DNA from: Gammaproteobacteria bacterium UBA6724
GTDB lineage: Bacteria > Pseudomonadota > Gammaproteobacteria > Pseudomonadales > Azotimanducaceae
Assembly: GCA_002454165.1 (NCBI GenBank)
Contig: DKIG01000040.1
Span: 18,048-82,047, forward strand
Reading direction: 5' to 3'
DNA length: 64,000 nt
Within the stretch, counting starts at the first letter, position 1, and each line of letters opens with the position of its first letter. Below, piece by piece: positions 29,776-41,146 of this stretch. The position numbers and the translations under genes were made by a program. Under the pieces are notes generated by a model, which saw only the letters and a program-made list of their open reading frames with translations, made no database searches and was not told the origin of the DNA.

Positions 29776-30795
29776 ATGAATTATGCACCTCTACAAGACA
29801 CATTGCCACCTACGCAAGGACCGACCAGGGAAGCGCTTGTCCTGGTTAATCTAGGTACGCCAGACGCACCGCAAACCGATGCCATCCGCCGCTATCTAAA
29901 ACAGTTTCTGTCGGACCGGCGAGTGGTCAATCTGTCAAAATGGCTCTGGTTGCCCCTGCTGCACCTGTTTATCCTGCGCTTTCGTCCCCGCAAACTGATC
30001 TGGAAATATCGGATGATCTGGGGCACCAAAGACGGACCCATCCGCAATATCACCCTTGCCCTCGCCCGCCGGCTGCAAACCAGGCTGAACACCTCAGACA
30101 AGAGCCTGATAGTTGCCGCCGCCATGACCTATGGTAACCCCTCGGTCAGCAGTGTGCTGAACAGGCTCATAGTTTCTGGCGTTGAGCGCATCGTCTTCAT
30201 CCCTCTCTTCCCTCAGTTTGCCGGGGCAACCATCGGTGCTGCAAGGGATGCAATCAACCGAGCAGTAGCTCGCCAAGAGCGGAAACCGGATATCACTATC
30301 CTCAATAGTTACCACGCAAGACCCGCCTACATAAAAGCCCTGACATGTTCGATAAAAAAGGCGGCGTCATACAGGAAGGGCAGACCCAAGATAGTCTTCT
30401 CTTTCCACAATATTCCGGCGGCTCAAGCCAAGGCCGGCGACCCCTATCCTGAACAGTGTCGTGAAACTGCCCGACTGGTCGCAATAGAACTTGGTTTGCC
30501 TGATGAACGATGGATGGTCACCTGGCAGTCCCGCTTCGGTCTCGCCAAATGGCTAGTGCCCACAACGAATGACACCATGCGCATGCTACCCGGGATGGGT
30601 GTCAAGGATGTGCTGGTGGTCTGCCCGGGATTTGCCGTTGATTGCCTTGAGACGATTGAGGAGATCAGACTGTTGAACAAGGAGACCTTCCTCGCCGCCG
30701 AAGGTGAAAACTTTAATTATGTCAAGGCGCTTAATGCTACCCAGGCGCATGTTGATGTGATGATGGACCTACTTTCAGCAACTGACCAGGAGTAA
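29776..30795 (+). CDS. hemH: Ferrochelatase
   Basis: N-terminal LVNLGTPDAP....IRRYLKQFLSDRRV and the overall ferrochelatase layout are present. ATG 29776 is preferred over TTG 29755. Confidence 0.85.
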   Translation: MNYAPLQDTLPPTQGPTREALVLVNLGTPDAPQTDAIRRYLKQFLSDRRVVNLSKWLWLPLLHLFILRFRPRKLIWKYRMIWGTKDGPIRNITLALARRLQTRLNTSDKSLIVAAAMTYGNPSVSSVLNRLIVSGVERIVFIPLFPQFAGATIGAARDAINRAVARQERKPDITILNSYHARPAYIKALTCSIKKAASYRKGRPKIVFSFHNIPAAQAKAGDPYPEQCRETARLVAIELGLPDERWMVTWQSRFGLAKWLVPTTNDTMRMLPGMGVKDVLVVCPGFAVDCLETIEEIRLLNKETFLAAEGENFNYVKALNATQAHVDVMMDLLSATDQE

Positions 30796-30875
30796 ACGCA
30801 TCCTCGGTTGAATGCCCCGAACTTAATCACTATACTCTCAACGTTTTTGCACGATGGTCTCACGGGACGGTTTCA

Positions 30876-31253
30876 ATGTTTTCCAATATCACGAAATCCC
30901 CCGTCTACCGGATTGTTATCGCGCAGTTTGTTGCGACTCTTCTCATATCAGCGTCGTTTTTGATTATTGACCAAATAACAGCATGGTCAGCGTTGCTGGG
31001 CGGGTTGGTGTGTGTGATTCCGGGCGTCTATGTCCTGCTATTCAGTAGTTGGAGACGACCCCAGGCGGCGGAAGGCACTGGGTTGGGGATTATCCTCGGC
31101 GGCGAGGCAGGCAAGTACGGGTTGAGTATTCTGCTCTTTGTGCTGGTGTTTACGCTGGTACAGCCTCTTGACCCCCTGGTGTTTTTTGGCGTTTTTGGCG
31201 GCTTGCAGCTTTTTAATCTGATTCTGCCGAAGCTCAAGCAGGCTCAAACATGA
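30876..31253 (+). CDS. atpI: ATP synthase protein I
   Basis: Small 125-aa hydrophobic protein immediately upstream of atpB. Confidence 0.7.
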   Translation: MFSNITKSPVYRIVIAQFVATLLISASFLIIDQITAWSALLGGLVCVIPGVYVLLFSSWRRPQAAEGTGLGIILGGEAGKYGLSILLFVLVFTLVQPLDPLVFFGVFGGLQLFNLILPKLKQAQT

Positions 31254-31256
31254 TAA

Positions 31257-32114
<858 letters not shown>

Positions 32115-32163
32115 GCGGGAAGGTGACAAAAACTTAACCCACTGGACTCAAAAGCAGGAGTAA

Positions 32164-32394
<231 letters not shown>

Positions 32395-32488
32395 GGATAT
32401 GCACGCTGACTTGTCACAGCGGCTTGTCACAAACAGCGCAAGAGCCAGGCGGCTTGATGATGTGTTTAACGAAGGAGTCTAGCAATCC

Positions 32489-32959
32489 GTGAATATTCAA
32501 CTGACCATGCTGGGGCAATTGATTTCATTTGTCCTCTTCGTGCTCTTCTGCATGAAGTTTGTCTGGCCCCATCTCACTGCAATAATGCGCGAAAGGCAAA
32601 GGAACATAGCGGAAGGGCTAAACAAGGCAGCAGCCGCAGAAAAGCAGTTAGAAGAGGCCGGTGCCCAGGTAGAAGCAGAGTTAGCGGCGGCAAAGCAACA
32701 ATCCGCCGACCTGATTGCACAGGCAAGGAATCGTGCCAGCCAGATCCTGGAAGCATCAAAGACTCAGGCCGCCGAGGAAGCAGACCGCATTATTCAAGGT
32801 GCTCAGGCAGAGATAGACCAGGGGGTCAATCGTGCCAAAGAGGAGTTGAGAATCAGGGTCGGTGAACTCGCTATTGAGGGTGCGGAAAAAATACTTGAAA
32901 CCAATGTTGACCAGGCTGCTCACCAGGCAATGCTCAGCCGACTTGCCAAGCAGTTATAG
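32489..32959 (+). CDS. atpF: F0F1 ATP synthase subunit b
   Basis: GTG start, one N-terminal TM helix, then a long charged Ala/Glu/Gln-rich helix. The position is conserved. Confidence 0.9.
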   Translation: MNIQLTMLGQLISFVLFVLFCMKFVWPHLTAIMRERQRNIAEGLNKAAAAEKQLEEAGAQVEAELAAAKQQSADLIAQARNRASQILEASKTQAAEEADRIIQGAQAEIDQGVNRAKEELRIRVGELAIEGAEKILETNVDQAAHQAMLSRLAKQL

Positions 32960-32996
32960 CGCGGCATCGGCTTAGCAGGGAGCACAGAGAGGACCC

Positions 32997-33539
32997 ATGG
33001 CGGAATCTGAACTAACGACAATTGCCCGGCCCTATGCCAGGGCAGTTTTCGCTTATGCCACTTCGCAACCTGATGGGCTTGCTTCCTGGGCCACAAGATT
33101 GGAGATGCTAAAAGTCGCGATTGAAACACCAGCAGTGCGGGGGACACTTGAGAATCCGCGCTGGACGACTGAGGACAAAACTACCTTTCTGGGTCAGTTG
33201 ATGGATAATTTTCTCGCCGATGAGGGGCATCGTTTTCTGAAAGTCCTGGCGGGGCATGGTCGACTGATGCTGATACCGATGATAGCCACCTTGTTTAAAC
33301 AACTTAAATCCAATTATGAGAAGACCCTGGAGGTTGCCGTCACCAGCGCGTTTGAAATAACAGAAGCGGAAAACTCCCTATTGAGCGAGGCGCTGAAAAG
33401 AAAATTGCAGCGGGAAATCAAACTGGAAACCGCCGTTGACAAGAGTTTGATTGGCGGTCTTATCATCAAGGCTGGAGATATGGTGATTGATGATTCGGTC
33501 TCAGGCAGACTCACCAAATTGTCCGGTGCGTTGAGCTGA
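32997..33539 (+). CDS. atpH: F0F1 ATP synthase subunit delta
   Basis: The OSCP/delta signature is present: an ARPYARA(V)F N-terminus and a GG..I..GD.V.D.S..GRL C-terminus. Confidence 0.9.
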   Translation: MAESELTTIARPYARAVFAYATSQPDGLASWATRLEMLKVAIETPAVRGTLENPRWTTEDKTTFLGQLMDNFLADEGHRFLKVLAGHGRLMLIPMIATLFKQLKSNYEKTLEVAVTSAFEITEAENSLLSEALKRKLQREIKLETAVDKSLIGGLIIKAGDMVIDDSVSGRLTKLSGALS

Positions 33540-33560
33540 GCCTGTTGAAATGAACCAACA

Positions 33561-33720
33561 ATTTACAATCTTTACACGAGCAACCGCTGAGGGGACTCCT
33601 ACAAAAACCGCTGAGGGCTCTTTTACAATCTTTACACAAACAACCGCTGAGGGCTCTTCTACAATCTTTACACAAACAACCGCTGAGGGGACTCCTACAA
33701 AAACCGCTGAGGGCTCTTCT
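33561..33720 (+). repeat. Direct repeat array inside the atpH-atpA gap (five CCGCTGAGGG cores)
   Basis: Cores lie at 33584, 33608, 33644, 33680 and 33704, giving spacings of 24/36/36/24 nt. A 60-nt block at 33563-33622 recurs at 33659-33718 with 2 mismatches. The unit TACAATCTTTACACAAACAACCGCTGAGGG occurs three times. Confidence 0.85.
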
Positions 33721-33739
33721 CATACATTCCTTTAGGTAG

Positions 33740-35290
33740 ATGGATATGCAACAACTAAATCCTTCCGAAATCAGCGAGATCATCAAGCAAAGAATTGCCA
33801 AGCTGGATGTCTCCTTTGAAACCAGCAATGAAGGCACTATCGTCAGCGTGTCCGACGGCATTGTGAGAATCCACGGGCTTGCCAAGGTGCAGAACGGCGA
33901 GATGATTGAATTCCCCAATAATCTCTTTGGCTTCGCGTTGAACCTGGAGCGGGACTCGGTCGGCTCAGTCATGCTAGGCAATTACAAAAGCCTCCAGGAA
34001 GGCATGATCGCCAAATGTACCGGGCGAATCCTTGAAGTACCCACGGGACCGGAATTGTTGGGCAGGGTCGTGGACGCCCTCGGTAGCCCGATTGACGGCA
34101 AAGGACCGATCAATGCGACAAGTTCATCACCGGTGGAAAAAGTCGCACCCGGCGTGATTGCCAGACAGCATGTTGACCAGCCGGTACAGACCGGGCTCAA
34201 ATGTATTGATTCAATGATTCCGGTCGGCAGGGGCCAGCGAGAGCTGATCATTGGCGACCGGCAGACCGGCAAGACCGCCATCGCCATTGATACCATCATC
34301 AACCAAACCGCCTCTGGCATTAAGTGTGTTTATGTCGCTATAGGGCAGAAGTTGTCATCGGTTGCCAATGTTGTTCACACCCTGGAAGAACACGGTGCCA
34401 TGGAGAACACCATACTTGTCGTTGCCGGTGCCTCCGACCCGGCACCCATGCAGTATCTCTCTGCCTACTCGGGATGTGCCATGGGTGAATATTTCCGGGA
34501 CCGTGGCGAGGATGCACTGATTATCTATGACGACCTGACCAAGCAGGCCTGGGCATATCGCCAGGTTTCTCTGCTACTGCGTCGCCCGCCAGGCCGGGAA
34601 GCCTATCCCGGCGATGTGTTTTACCTCCACTCTCGGTTGCTGGAACGCGCTGCTCGGGTCAACGCCGATTATGTTGAGAAATTTACTGCCGGCGAAGTGA
34701 AAGGACGAACCGGCTCTCTCACCGCCCTGCCCATCATTGAAACTCAGGCAGGTGATGTGTCCGCCTTTGTACCCACCAATGTTATTTCAATTACCGACGG
34801 TCAGATATTCCTTGAGTCAGACAAGTTCAATGCGGGTGAAAGGCCAGCGATGAATCCAGGTATTTCTGTTTCCCGGGTGGGTGGTGATGCCCAGGTCAAA
34901 TTCATGTCAAAGATTTCCGGCGGCATCAAACTGGCTCTCGCCCAGTACCGGGAACTTGCCGCCTTCTCGCAATTTGCCTCCGATCTTGACGATGCCACCA
35001 GGCGCCAACTGGAACATGGTGAACGGATCAACGAACTGATGAAGCAAAAGCAGTATTCACCCATGAGCGTGGCGGAAATGGGCGTCGTCTTGTACGCCGC
35101 TAACGCAGGCTTCCTGGAAGATGTTGAGGTGAATAAGGTGCTTGACTTTGAAGCCGCACTCTTGTCCTGCATGAACTCGGAACATGCAGAGTTTATGTCA
35201 GAAGTGAATCGCGAAGGTGCCTACACGGATGAGGTGGTGGCGTCTATGCACAAGGCGATTGAGACCTTCAAAGCAACCCAAGCCTGGTAA
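33740..35290 (+). CDS. atpA: F0F1 ATP synthase subunit alpha
   Basis: Walker A motif GDRQTGKT. The N-terminus (MD)[17 protein letters not shown] is conserved. ATG 33746 is an equally plausible start. Confidence 0.95.
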   Translation: MDMQQLNPSEISEIIKQRIAKLDVSFETSNEGTIVSVSDGIVRIHGLAKVQNGEMIEFPNNLFGFALNLERDSVGSVMLGNYKSLQEGMIAKCTGRILEVPTGPELLGRVVDALGSPIDGKGPINATSSSPVEKVAPGVIARQHVDQPVQTGLKCIDSMIPVGRGQRELIIGDRQTGKTAIAIDTIINQTASGIKCVYVAIGQKLSSVANVVHTLEEHGAMENTILVVAGASDPAPMQYLSAYSGCAMGEYFRDRGEDALIIYDDLTKQAWAYRQVSLLLRRPPGREAYPGDVFYLHSRLLERAARVNADYVEKFTAGEVKGRTGSLTALPIIETQAGDVSAFVPTNVISITDGQIFLESDKFNAGERPAMNPGISVSRVGGDAQVKFMSKISGGIKLALAQYRELAAFSQFASDLDDATRRQLEHGERINELMKQKQYSPMSVAEMGVVLYAANAGFLEDVEVNKVLDFEAALLSCMNSEHAEFMSEVNREGAYTDEVVASMHKAIETFKATQAW

Positions 35291-35316
35291 AGACTCAGCG
35301 ACAGGACGAATCAATC

Positions 35317-36177
35317 ATGGCAAAAGCCAAAGAGCTGCGTAAACAGATCGGTAGCATCAGAAACACTCAGAAAATCACTAGCGCCATGGAAATGGTCGCA
35401 GCAAGCAAAATGCGCAAGGCGCAGGAGCGGATGGCAAGGGGCCGCCCCTATTCCAACCATATTCGCGAGGTGATTGGTCATGTGGCAAATGCCTCGTCGG
35501 AATATCAGCACAAATTTATGCAGGAACGGGAAGTGAAGCGGGTAGGTTTTATTGTGGTCACCACCGACCGGGGACTTTGCGGCGGCTTGAATGTGAACCT
35601 GTTGAAAACCGTGATTACCGACCTGCGGAAGTGGTCAGAGCGGGGCGTTGAATATGACCTTTGTCTCATCGGTAACAAGGGCGTGCAGTTTTTCCGCAGC
35701 TACGGTGGACACGTCATAGCGGCGAGTCGCCATATCAGTGAAACCCCTGGGATAAATGAACTGATTGGCAATATCAAAGTACTCCTGGATGCTTTTGATG
35801 CAGGGAAGATCGACAAAATATTTCTCGCCAACAATGTCTTCGTCAACACCATGACGCAAAAACCGACCATCCGCCAGTTAGTACCGCTGGATGCAGCGGA
35901 TGATGAATACCTCAAACATCGCTGGGATTACATCTATGAACCAGACTCAAAGCAACTGATTGAAGGTCTGCTCACCCGATTTATTGAATCCCAGGTTTAT
36001 CAGGCGGTGGTTGAGAATGTGGCTTGCGAGCAGGCCGCCAAGATGATCGCCATGAAGAGCGCCACCGAAAATGCAGGGGATTTAATCGACGAGCTTTCGT
36101 TGATGATGAACAATGCCCGGCAGGCGGCGATCACCCAGGAACTCGCGGAAATTGTGGGTGGCGCGGCAGCTGTGTGA
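35317..36177 (+). CDS. atpG: F0F1 ATP synthase subunit gamma
   Basis: N-terminal KELR.QI.S...[20 protein letters not shown] and C-terminal [15 protein letters not shown]. Confidence 0.95.
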   Translation: MAKAKELRKQIGSIRNTQKITSAMEMVAASKMRKAQERMARGRPYSNHIREVIGHVANASSEYQHKFMQEREVKRVGFIVVTTDRGLCGGLNVNLLKTVITDLRKWSERGVEYDLCLIGNKGVQFFRSYGGHVIAASRHISETPGINELIGNIKVLLDAFDAGKIDKIFLANNVFVNTMTQKPTIRQLVPLDAADDEYLKHRWDYIYEPDSKQLIEGLLTRFIESQVYQAVVENVACEQAAKMIAMKSATENAGDLIDELSLMMNNARQAAITQELAEIVGGAAAV

Positions 36178-36203
36178 AAAGCCGGACGCTCCACAGACAC
36201 TGA

Positions 36204-37637
<1,434 letters not shown>

Positions 37638-37649
37638 GAACCAACTGTC

Positions 37650-38072
37650 ATGGCAAGCACAGTATTTTGTAGCATCGTGAGTGCGGAGGAAGAAATCTTT
37701 TCCGGGCAGGTGGGGATGGTGGTGGTGTCCGGCACCATCGGCGAGTTGGGTATCATGCCCGGTCATACGCCCCTGTTAAGTGGTATCAAACCAGGACCAG
37801 TTAGATTGATTCTTGAAGACGGTGAGGAAGAAGTCTTCTTTGCCTCTGGCGGCTATGTTGAAGTGCAACCCTCGGCTATCACCATACTGGCGGATACCGC
37901 ATTGAGAGCAGATGATCTGGACGAGGCAGCGGCACTGGAAGCACGGCAAAAAGCCGAGAAGGAACTGGCTGACCAACGTGCCGACATTGACTTTGCGCGA
38001 GTAGCGGCGGACTTGCAGGAACAGGCGGCAATGCTCCGCACCATTCAGAAAATGCGAGAGCGCAAGCGATAA
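37650..38072 (+). CDS. atpC: F0F1 ATP synthase subunit epsilon
   Basis: 140 aa and the last gene of the operon. Shows the typical G.LGI.PGH.PL motif. Confidence 0.9.
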   Translation: MASTVFCSIVSAEEEIFSGQVGMVVVSGTIGELGIMPGHTPLLSGIKPGPVRLILEDGEEEVFFASGGYVEVQPSAITILADTALRADDLDEAAALEARQKAEKELADQRADIDFARVAADLQEQAAMLRTIQKMRERKR

Positions 38073-38210
38073 GAACCGACAAGGCTCTGATGCGCGGCCC
38101 TGGGTAGCACCTGAATTGACGAGGCATCATCCCCTATGCCAATCCAGACAGAATAAAGTACAATGCCTGACTCTTTTTTAAGAGATGATTTTTTCAAAAA
38201 GCAGTCTTTT

Positions 38211-38287
38211 CGGGGCGTAGCGCAGTCTGGTAGCGCACCACACTGGGGGTGTGGTGGTCACAGGTTCAAATCCTGTCGTCCCGACCA
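38211..38287 (+). tRNA. tRNA-Pro (anticodon GGG)
   Basis: CGGGGCGTAGCGCAGTCTGGTAGCGCACCACACTGGGGGTGTGGTGGTCACAGGTTCAAATCCTGTCGTCCCGACCA. The 7-bp acceptor stem includes one G-U pair, the anticodon loop is CTGGGGG, the T-loop is GGTTCAAATCC, and CCA is encoded. Confidence 0.9.
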
Positions 38288-38410
38288 GTTTTATTTCCCC
38301 TGACTCTGATAGGTAACATCCTTTGACGGGTTTTCTGTCCCCTTAAATAAAGAATATCGCTACACTGTCGCTCCAAAGACAGGCAACGGTAAAACCTTGT
38401 GAGCCAGGCA

Positions 38411-39079
38411 ATGCGTACCAAACGACAATATCTTGATGCCATGGGGATTGATATATGGACCCTGAGATGCCATGCGTCGAGTGAGCAACAGACTGATGTA
38501 TTGCTTGAGGCGGCTACGCCAAACTCAAAGGTGCCAGAAGCGTCAGAGGTAGAAGCTGCGCCACAAGTCACAGCAACGAAAAAATCAGCCGCTACGACAG
38601 AAACTGGTGCGAAGAAAAACTCCCCCGAACAAGAAGAGCCCAGATTCACTCTGGCGTTTCTCCAGTATGACCAGCTCGGTCTGTGTCTCTCCCTGCCAAG
38701 CGACCAAACGAAAATACCCAAGCACTTTTGTGATGACCTTGCCCGCTCCCTTGGCAAGAACCCGGATACTGGCAGTTCCCAACTACTTGAGTGGCCCCTG
38801 CTGAACTCGTCAAGCATTGATCAATCACTGGCTGCCGCCAAAGAAGTCGTGATGCATAAATTCAACCTTCTACCCGCTACTGTTCTAGTGTTTGGAGAAG
38901 CGGTTAAGCAATACCATCCCGACCTTGAGGCACTGGTATCAGCGAGCCCGACCCAAGAAACAGGAAGACAGACTGTCTATCTTTTTGATGAGGTCACTAG
39001 TGTCATGCAATCAGCAGACGCCAAGCGAGCACTGTGGCAAACCCTGCAACAGACACTGATACACTCAAAGGCAGAGTGA
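38411..39079 (+). CDS. holD: DNA polymerase III psi subunit, long form
   Basis: The N-terminus KRQYLDAMGIDIWTLR matches E. coli HolD RRDWQLQQLGITQWSLR. The C-terminus ADAKRALWQTLQQ matches ARAALWQQI. It sits directly upstream of, and overlaps, rimI, as in E. coli. The central ~90 residues have no counterpart. Confidence 0.6.
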   Translation: MRTKRQYLDAMGIDIWTLRCHASSEQQTDVLLEAATPNSKVPEASEVEAAPQVTATKKSAATTETGAKKNSPEQEEPRFTLAFLQYDQLGLCLSLPSDQTKIPKHFCDDLARSLGKNPDTGSSQLLEWPLLNSSSIDQSLAAAKEVVMHKFNLLPATVLVFGEAVKQYHPDLEALVSASPTQETGRQTVYLFDEVTSVMQSADAKRALWQTLQQTLIHSKAE

Positions 39080-39552
39080 TGACGCATCTGATCCGACCGA
39101 TGCAACGGGAAGACCTGCCTGATGTGCTACGTAACGAGAGAAGCAGTTATGTTTACCCCTGGAGCGAAGGCATTTTTGAAGAGTGTCTGACCCTTGGGCA
39201 TGAGTGCTGGTTATCTGTTTTCGGGAACGATAGTTCTGACAAAACGACTATCACAGCAGGTCACGGCGTCCTGTCCGTGGCGGCGGGAGAGTCGCACCTG
39301 CTGAATGTCTGCGTTCACCCGGACTGGCGAGGTAATGGCATGGGGCGGGTCATGGTGGAACACCTGCTGAAAAGAGCGCAAACATTGCGAGCATCGGTCA
39401 TCTTCCTAGAAGTACGCCCCTCAAATCTGATGGCATGCAAACTCTACGAGACGCTTGGTTTCAACGAGGTCGACATCAGGCACGACTACTACCCGACCAT
39501 CACCGGCAGAGAAGACGCCATCGTCCTGGCGAAAGAGCTGCTGGATGATTGA
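39079..39552 (+). CDS. rimI: Ribosomal-protein-alanine N-acetyltransferase (GNAT)
   Basis: The acetyl-CoA motif [14 protein letters not shown] is present. The start ATG overlaps the holD stop (TGATG). Confidence 0.75.
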   Translation: MTHLIRPMQREDLPDVLRNERSSYVYPWSEGIFEECLTLGHECWLSVFGNDSSDKTTITAGHGVLSVAAGESHLLNVCVHPDWRGNGMGRVMVEHLLKRAQTLRASVIFLEVRPSNLMACKLYETLGFNEVDIRHDYYPTITGREDAIVLAKELLDD

Positions 39553-41122
39553 TCAAGAAATTGACATCCGACGTACCTTCGCCATCATCTCCCACCCAGA
39601 TGCTGGCAAGACCACGATTACAGAAAAGTTGCTACTGCTGGGTAATGCCATTCAGCTTGCTGGCACCATCAAATCAAAAAAGTCAGCCAGATACGCCACC
39701 TCGGACTGGATGGAGATGGAGAAGCAACGAGGCATCAGCGTGACCACTTCGGTCATGCAGTTCCCCTATCAAGGTCGCATAGTGAACCTGCTGGACACCC
39801 CCGGGCACGAAGATTTTTCAGAAGACACCTATAGAACCCTGACTGCGGTGGATTCAGTATTGATGGTGCTGGACGGTGCCAGGGGTGTGGAAGCCCGAAC
39901 CATTAAACTAATGGAAGTCTGCCGTTTCCGGGATACGCCCATCCTAACCTTTGTCAACAAACTGGACCGGGAGAGCCGTCACCCAATAGAAGTCATGGAC
40001 GAGGTGGAAGACATTTTGAAAATAAAATGTGCACCTATCACCTGGCCCATCGGCATGGGGTCTCGCTTCAAGGGGATTTACCTTCTGCATCAGGACGAGA
40101 TTCGCCTTTATAAACCCGGCGACACCAAGGACCCATGCAAGCACCGGATCACAGGTATTGACTCAACGGAAGCCCGGGAATTGCTGGGCGATGAACTACA
40201 CAGCGAACTACAAGAAGACATTGAACTCGTCAAGGGTGCTAGCCACAAGTTCAACCAGGAGGAGTATCGTAGCGGGAAGTTGACGCCCGTCTATTTTGGC
40301 ACCGCCCTCAAGGATTTCGGCGTGCTGGAAATGCTGAACGGGTTTGTTGAATATGCGCCGCCACCCCTGCCGAGGAAAACCCGCACTCGTGTCGTTGATC
40401 CCAGAAGTGAAGATTTCACCGGCTTCATATTTAAGATTCAGGCAAACATGGATCCTAGACACCGAGACCGCATAGCCTTTATGCGCGTCTGTTCAGGGCA
40501 ATACCGCCAGGGGATGAAGATGTACCAGGTCCGCACCGGCAAGGACATCAAGGTCAATGATGCGGTGACTTTTCTGGCGGGCGAGAGATCCCGGGCGGAC
40601 CTTGCCTACCCCGGCGACATTATCGGCTTGCACAATCACGGTAGGATTCAAATAGGGGATACATTCACCAGTGGTAGCGACCTGAAGTTTATCGGGGTGC
40701 CGCATTTTGCGCCAGAACTCTTTCGTCGGGTACGGCTGAAGGACCCGCTCAAGAGCAAGCAACTACGACAGGGGCTAACCCAACTTTCCGAAGAGGGTGC
40801 GACCCAGGTATTCATGCCACTTGCAAATAATGACCTGCTCGTCGGCGCGGTAGGTGTGTTGCAGTTTGATGTGGTGGCATTTCGTCTGAAGGACGAATAC
40901 AAGGTGGATTGCATCTATGAACCCGTAGCTATCAATACCGCCCGATGGGTAGAGTGTGAGGATCCAAAACTGCTCCAGGAATTCAAACGCAAAGCAGAGG
41001 CGAATCTTGCGTTGGACGGCGGCGGCCATCTCACCTATCTCCCGCCCACCGCGGTGAATATGTCCCTGACGGAAGAACGGTGGGCGGCTATCAACTTCAA
41101 GGCAACGCGGGAAATTGACTAG
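39545..41122 (+). CDS. prfC: Peptide chain release factor 3
   Basis: [31 protein letters not shown] and NKLDR. The start ATG overlaps the rimI stop (ATGATTGA). Confidence 0.95.
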   Translation: MIDQEIDIRRTFAIISHPDAGKTTITEKLLLLGNAIQLAGTIKSKKSARYATSDWMEMEKQRGISVTTSVMQFPYQGRIVNLLDTPGHEDFSEDTYRTLTAVDSVLMVLDGARGVEARTIKLMEVCRFRDTPILTFVNKLDRESRHPIEVMDEVEDILKIKCAPITWPIGMGSRFKGIYLLHQDEIRLYKPGDTKDPCKHRITGIDSTEARELLGDELHSELQEDIELVKGASHKFNQEEYRSGKLTPVYFGTALKDFGVLEMLNGFVEYAPPPLPRKTRTRVVDPRSEDFTGFIFKIQANMDPRHRDRIAFMRVCSGQYRQGMKMYQVRTGKDIKVNDAVTFLAGERSRADLAYPGDIIGLHNHGRIQIGDTFTSGSDLKFIGVPHFAPELFRRVRLKDPLKSKQLRQGLTQLSEEGATQVFMPLANNDLLVGAVGVLQFDVVAFRLKDEYKVDCIYEPVAINTARWVECEDPKLLQEFKRKAEANLALDGGGHLTYLPPTAVNMSLTEERWAAINFKATREID

Positions 41123-41146
41123 GGGCTCAAAGCGTCTATCAGTTTC

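Noticed and set aside
33511-33981. 156-aa minus-strand Cys-rich repeat ORF (CKDCRRALSGCLCKDCK...) across the atpH-atpA gap
   Set aside because: It overlaps the 3' end of atpH and the first ~240 nt of atpA in antisense. It owes its repeats to the same DNA repeat array and has no independent coding evidence.
38266-38817. 183-aa minus-strand ORF
   Set aside because: Its 3' end overlaps tRNA-Pro and the rest is antisense to the holD-like gene, which has positional and terminal sequence support.
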